Below are positions 27,376 through 38,237 of a stretch of 64,000 bases of DNA, piece by piece. Every line of letters begins with the position of its first letter. Positions within the stretch are counted from its first letter, which is position 1. The position numbers were made by a program, and so were the translations under genes. The stretch covers positions 16,678,001 to 16,742,000 of the forward strand of contig CM060734.1 in NCBI GenBank assembly GCA_030704615.1. The letters run 5' to 3'. This stretch comes from Takakia lepidozioides. Its lineage: Eukaryota > Plantae > Bryophyta. Below the pieces are notes generated by a model. The model was given only the letters and a program-made list of their open reading frames with translations. It made no database searches and had not been told where the DNA came from.

Positions 27376-28695
27376 TTGTCTCACAACATTGTAGCTTGTC
27401 TCACAGCAGTGTAGAGTAAGTCACACTGTCAGGACACGTGGATATGTGAGAATGATAGGTGGTAAGTATGGATGACTTAGTTGGATGAATGCTGGGTGAA
27501 TGCTAGTTTAATGTTGTCATTCATATGTGAGATGAGTGCACCTGCAAGGGACTTAGGCTTTTTCGAGAGAACGTTTTCATTCTCAAGCAAGCACATCGGG
27601 CTGACCCCACTTTTTCAAGGCCAGTGCACCTTTGTGTCAAGTAAAGGGACATCTATGTGATCATGCTCACAGCTCGGATAGAGCATGAGCATTGCCAAGA
27701 CATGCCTTTTCTTGATGAACGTCCCCTTCAATGCCTATCGGTCAAACTGCTGAGAAGAAAAAAGAATAATCCATGTGATATGCACACGCGAGTAGAGGAT
27801 TTCTGTCTTTGGCTGACTCTTGACATTTATATTGTTGGAGGGCAGAATGAATAACTACACAGCCGAGTTGCTCATCTCTGAGCTACACCGCTCAATTGCT
27901 CGGATATGCTTGGACAAACTCACAAGTCAAAGCTGGTGCAAGAGAACATAGAAGTAGAAGAGTCGAGATGTGTTAAGCAGCTCCAACTACTCTACATGTT
28001 TCCAGTGCAGGCTTCTTGGAATGGTGCGATGGACAGGATATGATTTGAGAGTAGAGTTCTTTGTAATACCTACTCATAAGCACCAAGACAGGGACAGTTA
28101 ATGAAGAACATTTAGATATTTGTGAGCTTACTTCCACTCCACAATGAGACGGACAAAGGTAGAGAACTCGTCAGTTCATAGCTCTCCATTACACAAGCCA
28201 CCACTTGTAACAATAAGTCAGCTTCATGCATACTGTAGATGATGTAATCCAGTTACCTGCCATCAATAATTAGGAGTTGACAAAGGATAGAAAGATGAGA
28301 TTTTGGTAGGCTGCTCAAATGAAGAGTTCAACTAGTGCACTTTATCTAGCAGCATGTTCATACATAGACCTCAAAGAAAGCGAGTAAATCGGATGTTACG
28401 GTAGTCATAGACACAATAAAACCAATGGATAGATCTTCTGTAAGCAAAAATTAAAATCACAACATGGAAAGAAACTGAGCTATGGGGTGTGGATTTTACA
28501 TGAGCGGTGAGCATGAGCATGAGCAAATATAAGCATGAGCAGAGCATAATCCAAGGAATATTCCCGGATTTTGGCCCGCCACCACGCAATTTCCCACTGC
28601 TTTTGAGGTGAAAAATAGGTATGATAGCCATCATTGTGGCCCATAGACCGCAGATGTGGTTTATCAAGATTTGGTTCGGGAGTTGCCGAACCTAA

Positions 28696-28952
28696 ATAGT
28701 CAGTGCAGACTATATGAGAAAAAAATTTAATGGATAGATAGTCGGTGCCGACTATAGGCACCGACCTCCATCACGGGTATAGGCGCACGACAAAAATGCG
28801 CGATAATAGGTCCGTGGTAATAGGAAATTTTGTAATAAACAGGATTTTTTGAACATGGTTAAAATAGACGCATTCGACATTCGGAACTTTGTTATTTATT
28901 TTCCGTGGAATAGTATCCAATGGCCGCTTAAGGAGTAGTTGACAACGACTAT
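28696..28952. repeat. Three RTAGTCG-N4-CGACTAY-type palindromes
   Basis: atagtcagtgcagactat 28696, atagtcggtgccgactat 28738, gtagttgacaacgactat 28935; same motif as the array at 48.2-52.1 kb. Confidence 0.8.
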
Positions 28953-29148
28953 AGCCATTGGAGGGAGTGGGAAACGTTTGCGGCAATCATTTTCCCGCTC
29001 GTGCATGTAGAAAAACAGAATAGAAAGGAGCAAAAGTGATGGCCTTGTCTGTTAGGGCTACGTTTCTGTTTAACAGGTGACATTCCACTTTGTGAAACAA
29101 CATTCACTGACGTTACCTCCACGATGGTGAGAGGCCATCTTCACACAG

Positions 29149-29748
29149 GTGAGGGCAATCCTCCAGCGCAGGAATCACAAGAAGGTGGGTGTGGTTGAGC
29201 GGTATGACAATGATGAGGGGAGAGGTGCAGAAGAACATGGGAGTGAAAGTGGACATTCGCCTGATGCCAATTTTGAAGCAATTGGAATTCCTGCGGTGGA
29301 AGAAGACATGGGGAGCAGGCCTGCCTCCCCTCAGCTGGTAAACATCACGGAATACGAAGAAGGGATGGCCGACTGCATTGCCTTCTTAGAATCCAGATTG
29401 CCTTTGTGGTGTGCGTTGGATTCGGAGTCAGAGTCATCCGACAAGAGTGTGGACGAGGAGGAAATTGGGGAGTATCCTGTACATGTTTTTGAAGAATTGG
29501 AGGTCGTTGAGGAAGAGGACTTCCATTGGAGTGGTGTTTGCATAGACTCTTTTGTCAGTTCTGTTGAACAGGTTATTGTGACCATGGAAACAAAGGCAAT
29601 GGACTCATGTAGTATTTGCCTTCAGTTGACACAACGGGGAGAAACTATACGCATGCTCGGTGTGTGCCTGCACTCCTTCCACAGTGCATGCATTGACAGC
29701 TGGGCTCAAGTGAACGGCACATGCCCCCTGTGCCGGCGTCGCTTGTGA
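29149..29748 (+). CDS. Acidic protein with C-terminal RING-H2 finger (putative E3 ubiquitin ligase)
   Basis: CSICL..GETIRMLGVCLHSFHSACIDSW..NGTCPLCR is a C3H2C3 RING-H2 pattern; start uncertain. Confidence 0.8.
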   Translation: MRAILQRRNHKKVGVVERYDNDEGRGAEEHGSESGHSPDANFEAIGIPAVEEDMGSRPASPQLVNITEYEEGMADCIAFLESRLPLWCALDSESESSDKSVDEEEIGEYPVHVFEELEVVEEEDFHWSGVCIDSFVSSVEQVIVTMETKAMDSCSICLQLTQRGETIRMLGVCLHSFHSACIDSWAQVNGTCPLCRRRL

Positions 29749-32700
29749 GAAACAATGTCGAGTTGCATTTTCATGTTGAATTGTTTTGCCCGGCCTTTTG
29801 TTGAGGGCCTCACTGTCATCTTTAGTGCTCTCCTATGTATGGAAGCTTCCGGGGGATGCCTCGGCGTGAGCCTGGTCACGTGAGCACAACTGCGTTCACG
29901 CCACGTCACCTTGCGCCAATGCCACATCACGGGGCTCACTCCACGTCATCACACTTGAAGACCGCGTCACCACGTGCCCAGGAAGAAGTGGAGGGTATTC
30001 CCGCGGATTGGCACCCTTTACCGCGGAAAACAAGCTGGGACGACATAATAAAGGCAGTGGTCATTCCCACCTGAAAGCAACAGATGAATAAAGGATGGAT
30101 GAATGTACAGTTGGATGATAAACAGATGGATGAGTGTGAAAAATGAATGTAGATGGATGAATAAGGGATGGATAAGAGTCAAATGGATGAATGTATAATG
30201 GATGTTGAGCAATGAAAAACATTCATGACAGGAAGATGCATGACTAAAACTTTAGACGAATGCACAATGTATATGACATGAGTGTGGAAGGTTTGTGGGG
30301 TGGATTAAAGAGTACAGAGGATGAATGTATAATGGATGTTGAACAAAGGAAAACATCATGAATGGAGCACGCATGAATACACTGTAGATAAAAGCACAAT
30401 GGATATGACAAGAGTGAGGGAGGTTTGTGAGATGGATTCATACATATTGCAATTTAAATGGTAGTTGATTCTTTGATTATTTTTCTTCCAAAGGAACAAC
30501 TCGGTGGAGGAAGGGGATTCAACGTTTCCAAAGAGGATTGAAACAGAATATTAAACATACATAGTCAGTCTGACTAGAGTCAGTACAATGTATCCCCGCT
30601 TCCTCTGCATCTAAGTCTAAGATTTAAGAACTCCGGATCTACGCTGGCTACACCTACGGCCGGGCAGTAAAAATTCAGGGATAGGGACTCGGCCGCTGAA
30701 GTGCCATTGCTTCGGCATAATCAAGAAGCAGAAAATTGGAAAGGGGGCTGTCGAAAACAGACTCGCCAAAATGACTGTATCTCCTGAAGATCCACCGCTG
30801 CATTTCTGAAAGACAGCCTGAAAAAGTTATTACTAAATTTGATGTTATTGAGAAATTGAGTATGACTCCCAAAGTGGGTTTAGCACTTACTCACATGAAA
30901 AGTCGTTGTCGACCTGCTTATCTTCGGGATCGTCATCATTTCGAATTTGAATCCGATCAGTCTGTGTGCCTGAAGTGGAGCCAGACAAAAGGGGAGGAGC
31001 ACTGTGTGTAGAGGTCAGAATCACCCTCCATGCCAAAAATGCTTCTTCCGCCTGCCTTGCATGCATGGTAAGTTGCTCCTGCACAAGACAGGAGGACATG
31101 AACAGTTCGGTGGGGGGATTTAAGCAGATGGAATGTGTGATGTAAAGAAAGAAAATCAATTCAAAAGGGAGAGAACGAACCTGTGGACACAGAAAGATCG
31201 ACCACCCATGCAGAGTGGTGGCTGCATGACCCCAGCAGTATTTGCATGAACGCTGGGGATTTTTCCTTTGACACCTCCCAGGAGTGCCATCTGGTCTCTT
31301 CAGAGTCTGACTGGACTGCATGAAGTTGTACAAAATGTCATCGACATGCGGCTCATAGGGGGGGTTGACGAAACAACCCTGGTCAGAAATCTCAAAGCTG
31401 CGGATGGAGGATGGTGTCTTTGAGGTGCAAATCCTCCGCAAGCAGATCGCCTCGAACATCCTCGTCTGTCAAAGATAGCAGGTTAGTGTGGTAAACACAA
31501 TCTATAGTGGAAGTGTGTACATCGGCTATTTAGAACTCAGGCACAAAACAATCATTTTTATCACGAATCGGTGATGATCGGTGTCGATCATGACAGATTC
31601 TTCTAGAGTGGAGCTGCAGAGAACATTGAAAATCATCATGAAAGCACAAGCAGAAGGGAGACGGCATACCAGCTGACCAGGGAAACCCCTTTCACAAGAT
31701 AGAGGTTGTTCACACAATTCCATGTGCGCAAAACTTCAAACCCTGAAGATTTCAGGTATGATGCCAATGCCCAACGACTATCTTTGTCACATGACTGAAA
31801 AAGCAGAAGTGTCCATGCATCAGAGAGGAAATTATTACAAAACCCGAACACCCAACTCCAGTAGTTATCCTCGAATTTATTCCAGCCTGGCGTCTTGCTC
31901 TTTGGAAGAACTTCTGGCACAGCCTGGCCATCCGGGATGTCGAGAATGACAAAGTCAGCCGCATATGTTTTCTGCACACTGCACACGAAGGTGGGACCTG
32001 TGCTCACCTGCAACAGACATGTTTTTTCTAAGAACGATGGAAAGAATGTTTTCAAAGAACCAGACTGAAATACTGCCAATGAAACTTTCAGAGAAAAAAA
32101 AAAGAAACTGGAATTCTCACCAGATTGAGGAATGAGATTATGTTGTCCCAGGTAGGCGAAGGCACCCCAGTGTATCCTCTCTTTCGACTCTGCATCATCG
32201 ACAGCCAACCCTCATTGACAATTTTAATCTCTCCTACCGAATCAGAACGGGAAGGGTGTGGCTTGGCATCGAACACGCACTGAACTGTGCGGGTATATCT
32301 TCCAGCAGTGAAGTCCTGCCCACTCTCCATCTCCTTTTCTTTCTCCTTCCCCTTGTCCTTTTCCTTCTCTTTGGACTTGTCTTTGTCCTTTGGCTTTGCT
32401 GGTGAGATGGCTATGACATCAAGAGCCTTGTCTTTTGGTTTGCGGCCGGCCTTCTTTCCCTTCTGCGGCGTTCCCAGAGCATCAGGCTCCTTGGCAGCCA
32501 ATGTTGTTATGTTTCTTTGGTACTCTTCGTCAGTCAGAGGCGCCAACATCTCAGCATTATTGTTCAAATATTTCATATGCTGTTCTTGAAAGGTCGTGTG
32601 CTCCGGTGGGCAGTCAAGGTACCAGCCACAGTTTCTGAAGTGAGAAGGACTCCAGTCCTTCAATATCCCTGCAGTATACATGGTTGGATCGTTTGCAGGG

Positions 32701-32904
32701 TCCGACCACATGTCAAGATAGTCTGGAATACCGCTCAGTGATTTCATTCCATAAGCACATATTTCATGTACCTGTTAAACAGGAGATAAATCCCAACCCA
32801 CCAAAGCGCGAAGTGAGAAAGATGCAAGTAGCACAAAATGAAAAAAACATGGAATGAAATGGCTCTGAGAACTGCTCCAAGGACCTTTCAGGACCATGCG
32901 ACAG

Positions 32905-33675
32905 CTCCGGATGTGAATGTCGTCAACGCCATTCAAAACATTCCATTCAATGATACTGTGAATACACCCTAATCCACGTGAATGCAAACTCTCGCTTTGG
33001 AATGACACAGACATAGAAGTGAATGTCGTCAACGACATTCACTTTGGATTTGTGAATACACTGCTAATCAAGCCTATTGATTTCTCAAAAGAGGCAAAAT
33101 CATTGGATGGAAATCAGAAACTCGAGTAAGGAACCCTCCCCAAAAACTCAATGGACATTCATAACGAACATAACACTGAGGACCTCATAATAACACTGGA
33201 TGTGAATGGCGTCAACGCCATTCACAAAATTACGAACAAGGAACCAATTAATACATTAGCTCCCAATCCATGTAAATTCAAATTGTCGCTGGTGAATGAC
33301 ACAGACATAAAAGTGAATGTTGTCAACGACATTCACTTTGGATCTCTGATAACAGAGCTAATCAAGCCTCAAGATTTCTCGCAAGAGGCAAAAGCAATGC
33401 AGAACAACTGAATGTCTGCATTGACATGCAGCAAACTAAAGTGAGGAACCCTCACTGTAAACTCTATGGACATTACAAAAACTTACATAATTCTGAGGAC
33501 CTCTCAACAACTCTGGATGTGAATGTCGTCAACGCCATTCAGGGACATTATCAATTCTAATCAGGGATACTATAATTACACCCTAAGCTCCTAATCCAGG
33601 TGAATTCAAATTCTCGCTTAAGAATGACTCAGACAAAGAAGTGAATGTCGTCAACGACATTCAATTTGGATCTAT
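32905..33675. repeat. Three ~300-bp tandem units in an intron, each with two GAATGTCG-TCAA-CGACATTC-type palindromes
   Basis: Palindromes at 32915, 33021, 33204, 33315, 33521, 33643. Confidence 0.9.
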
Positions 33676-35527
33676 GATTACAATCCTTATTAAGCCAAAT
33701 TATTTCCCAAAAAGTGCAGTAGAGTTTCCAGTATGATATTGCACCTGTACACAACTCGCATCATGGCCCACTCTCCTCCAACCTGATTGTCAAAGTCGTT
33801 GGACCGTAAAATGTTACCATCTTTGGAGAACTCCCGGAAAAAACAGTATCTCCAGGTGAGACCTCTCCACTTCCTTATGTATGCCTCCAATGACATTTGG
33901 GGAGGGGAAACAATCGAAATGTTCAAGTCCTTCAAAGTCTGATCCAGCACAATGACGGCGCGCTTTTCGAGCTGCAAATTGTATATTTGTCAGTAATGCA
34001 AGTAAGATACTCATCACATAATTGAAGAAAAGAAAACGGCTTATTTGAATACACACCTGACTCCAAAATGTAGCATTATGGAGCCAGTTATCAAACACCA
34101 AATCACTGATTCCTTCCACCTTTGTGCCAGGCTGTATGGTGCTCTTTGGGAACTGATTCAAGTCCTTTACTGTCTGATCTGAGTTCCATATCTCCAGCCA
34201 CCTTATTTTTGTTTGTGGGTCGACCATGGATATGGCCAGCCGGTGCAATTTCTCCTGCTGCATCTCCAGATGTACATGCTTGTCACAGTGAGATTTGATC
34301 TGCTAAAGGAACTAAGAACCAAGTCCAGGATCTACTATTCTAAGCTGTTTTCCGAAGGCGGACATCAATTTGGTTCTTCGCATTTCAAACTCCTTCTTTA
34401 TTGCTGCTTCCACACCCTTTGATGTCCTTAGTTCCTCTAGTGTAGTGCGATAATATTTGGATTTTCCCTTCTCAGCTGCCTCTGCTAGTTCTTGCTACAT
34501 TGATTCAAATAGTGATTAGCACCGAAGGGACTACAAACATGTATTCGAAAAGTAAACTGAGTACAGACTCGGGCTTACCGCATACATGTACTCCAGAAAC
34601 GCCTCTCGAGTCAAAGAATACCAAGTGTCTGCAGCTCTTCTTGTTTCGCACTTCTTGATTATATTGGGGGGGAGTACTGTCCGAAAATCATCCAGCTTCA
34701 TCAGACCAATCCTCTGAATTCGGAATAGTGTGTGGACCAAGCTTGTTGTCACATGCGATTTCTCTGTCGATCTGCAAAAACATTGGAAACATTGCATTTC
34801 TTAACACTGTTTTTTTGGGATTAGCAAGACACTACAGAGGGAATGAAATCTCTAGGATGACTTACTTGTTCACGTCGTGCATAGCTGTAAGAAGCCTAGC
34901 GATGTCGTTTCCTGGATCCAAAACCATTGCCTCCACAACAACATGCTTGTCTTTGTCTTTCGCATGGTGTTTATGGATGTATCCCATCCATGCCAGCAAT
35001 CGGTGGTTGCCGTCCCAGACGTAGAACATGTGGTTAGGTGTTCTTTCCCATCATGAGGCCCAGCTCGAACTCCTCATTGGCATCTTTCCAGCACTCATCC
35101 CAGGTATCACTGATCTCTGGAGACACTAATGTGCTTTTCCCATTTATATCCGTTAGTGACACATAAAAAACTTGTGTTTCAAGTCTGTATCCATGCACGA
35201 AATCACTCTCCAGTTTTGTTATGTCATGGGAAAGAGGTGGACGCACAACATGCATAGATATCATCCGGCACAGAGGGATGTCCAGACGCCCTCCAGATAC
35301 GAGCATGTCCCTTATAACCTCCTGAGAGTTTACCTTTTGGAATGACATGAGTTCTTTCACCTTGTCAAGGTAGTGCACTTCAGATTCATCTGCTTCATCG
35401 TTATTCTCTGAGCTTTTTCCAGACTCGTCCCCATCTCCAGATCCTTTCCCCTCTGATCCTGTAGGCTTGGACCTCAAAGTTTTCTGCACGATGCCATTCA
35501 AATCTGACTGAGTAATGTGCAAATAGT

Positions 35528-36995
35528 GAACGGCGGTAACGACCGTTACCTCATTCGTAAAGACCCGGCCAGGATTTCTTAGTTAGAGAGGATGGCACCT
35601 TACGGGACCTGCCATATGAGGATGGCACCTTCCGCCGCGTAAGGTTCCTCCTCCCGAGGAGAGGAAGCACCTTACGTCGTGTAAGGTTCTTGCTCTTGTG
35701 AGCCGTCTGATCAAGGAAATCGCAGCCATCAAAATGCGAAATCCTTGTTGTTTCTTTACGCAGGGTGAGGTCCTTGGACGGGGGCCTTCCTGAAACTCGG
35801 GGGCTAAGGGCGTCCTTCCGTGTGGTCAAACCCGACCAAAAGATGATGTCATGACCGGGTTTTGGACGTATGCCGAGCACTTCTATGTGTGAAACCCGGA
35901 CCCAAACCCTATGTCGGGTCTGATCTCCGAACTCTCCGTGAAAAGCTGGAAGTTAGGAGATCGGGTCCCGATCTTTGACTTTCACCTGCTATAGCAGGTT
36001 GGTTTTGGCGATCACCTACCGAATAGGTCATTCTTGTGTGTGAAGCCCGTGTGGAATGTGTGTGTGAAAGAAGGAGACTGGCAACGCAAACCGGCTCGTC
36101 CTGGGAGATGGGGTTGCTACATGGACGGACCCCTCGCCAAGTCAACGGGTGGGACCCTGGGTCAAACCCATTCCAACGATGATGTCATTGGAAGGGGTCT
36201 GGTCTACATGGAAACAAGCTCTCATGCACTTCTCTCATGCACTTGGCTACCCCCTCCTCCTAGGCCCCTCATTTCAGGAAGGGCCCCCATCCCCGTCCTC
36301 GGGCCTCACCCTATGCATTATCTTCCATATTAAAATATTTTCGAAATATTTTCCAGGTGCAGTGAAACTTCCATGCATCAGCATAGCACAACAACGGAGG
36401 TGAAAAGCATTTCATTGAGCCATCTTCTACACTCCCTTTCACCAATCACGGTAATGTCTGGACGTTAAGGTGATCAAATCTCTCACATCCCAAACAGCGT
36501 CTGGGTCCTTAGCAGTGCGGATGCGTGGCTGGGGCTGCGCACTGAGTCTGCGTGGCACTCAGGCCAGAAGAGGCGCAGCTCGGGCCCGCGGCACTATCCT
36601 ACTTACGCTTGGGACTTAGTGCTGAGGACCCGCCTCACCGGCTACAGCCCGGTAGTGGGGCCTTCCTGAAACTCGGGGCTAGGCACTCGGCTACCGCCGA
36701 GTGCCTAGCCCCGAGTTTCAGGAAGGCCCCCGTCCTCGGGCCTCACCCTGCGTAAAGAAACAACTAGGATTTTTTTACCATGGAGGGCTGGGATCATCTC
36801 AATCTGTCGGCTCACAAGAGCAGGAACCTTACGCGACGTAAGGTGCCTTCCTCTGGAGGAGAGGAGGAACCTTGCGCGGCGTAAGGTTCTATGCTCTCAC
36901 CTGGAGGGAAAATCCCTCCGCGTAAGGCGCCATCCTCTTTAACTAAAAAATCGTGGCCGGGTCTTTAAGCGAGGCGCTAAGGCACTACCTCGTTC
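35528..36995. mobile_element. Non-autonomous DNA transposon with long imperfect TIRs (Mutator/foldback-like)
   Basis: ~300-bp TIRs (GAACG..TAAAGACCCGGCCA.GATTT.TTAGTTA.AGAGGATGGC.CCTTACG..); perfect internal hairpin at 36657-36730; no clear TSD. Confidence 0.75.
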
Positions 36996-38237
36996 AAAAG
37001 ACATCCAACATTCAGCCCCTGGATTGATAACAAAGGACTCGTGGTGTGGAGGATTGCTGCTCTCACGACCACATCGTCCTACTAGCCTCGCATCTATTCT
37101 TTCGTTACACAAAGTTTACAAGTCACAGCATGCACTATGATTCTCATCGAACACCAAACTATGATCTATTCCCGGTAAGACCAGATAACGTTGACATAAT
37201 AGAAGACCTAAACAGGGTTGTGCAGCATGCATCATTCTTCTCTTCCTCTGCTATCAAATTTTTTAGTTTGCCTCTTGACTGGCGCGAGCTTCCCATCTCT
37301 GATTGATGATAGTTCACACTCTTCTAGGGTTTTTACACTAGACAGTAATCTAGCCTACACAAAGACACACAGATACCAAGCCACATTCCGATGATCCTCT
37401 TGGCTTTTTAATTAGAGCTGAACATGATCCCCACAATTGGAGCTCGAGAGGATGAGAGAAAGGCTGCTTTAGATAAGAACCCACATGATAGTAGTAAGGG
37501 ACGGTGAATCTGAAGAAGGGAAAAACAATCCATGAAGCAAAGAATGGCAATCAACTCCGACCTCAGAAAGCATCTGCTGCATATGACAGGAGCCATTCAA
37601 CATCTGAGGGCACTCTCGATTAGTGCAAAAGAAATAGGAAAAACAATGGTGAAAGAGAGAGCGTCTGACTCCTAAATCATGAGTATGACAGCCTATGCTC
37701 AGCTCCAGTAAACATAAACTGGCTGAGAATCTATCACTCCTATGAGTCAAGTAGTAAAAGAACTACTCCAACATGCATCCAATTTCATCAGTAGTCCACA
37801 ATGCATCCACCTTTCTGGGCACATAGCATTCATCTCCATATGCAGACTGAGCACATCATCAACCTCAGGACTCCAAACATGAAGCTGAAGAGTGCAAGAC
37901 TTAGAATCAGCCAGAGGCCAAGGACACAAGCACCACTTCCTAACATTTGGAAATCCGTCTGTACAAACGGGAAGTGTACAGTGCGAATGTTACGTCAAAT
38001 CAACGAAGTCCTCCAACTGGCGAAGTATTCTGTCTGGGGAAAATGAGATGGGCCTCTCATTCATAGCCCATAAAGGGTTGTTGAGACACAGGCGAAGCTG
38101 AAGGCTTGGGATTGCATTACCACCCTGTCAATTGATGAGCAGTCCAGTAAGTCCAAAGCCTCAGTTAATTACACCAACTTTCCCATAAAAATGAACCAAA
38201 AAGTCATTGTTGACTTGAAGCAGGTTGATCTTCTCAT

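Larger units (their letters stand above)
30890..37296 (-). pseudogene. Multi-exon ParB-like domain plus beta-class N6-adenine/N4-cytosine DNA methyltransferase fusion; frameshifted and split by a TIR element
   Basis: ParB-like: RLDIPLCRMISMHVVRP..KLESDF..GY (35034-35522) and MFYVWDGNHRLLAW..AMHDVN (~34865-35030). MTase: ADFVILDIPDG (motif IV-like, ~31930-31960), then after a frameshift and a GT-AG intron EKSPAFMQILLGSCS..VVDLSVSTG|ATYHACKAGGRSIFGMEGDSDLY (SAM-binding motif I region, ~31270-31010). Putative 5' exons at ~37000-37296 are less certain. Confidence 0.75.

Noticed and set aside
27375-28370. Possible decayed transposase or LTR fragment
   Set aside because: No motif could be identified with confidence
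31360-31375. NPPY as the catalytic motif IV of the MTase
   Set aside because: It lies in the variable region; the beta-class motif IV position corresponds to DFVILDIPD upstream
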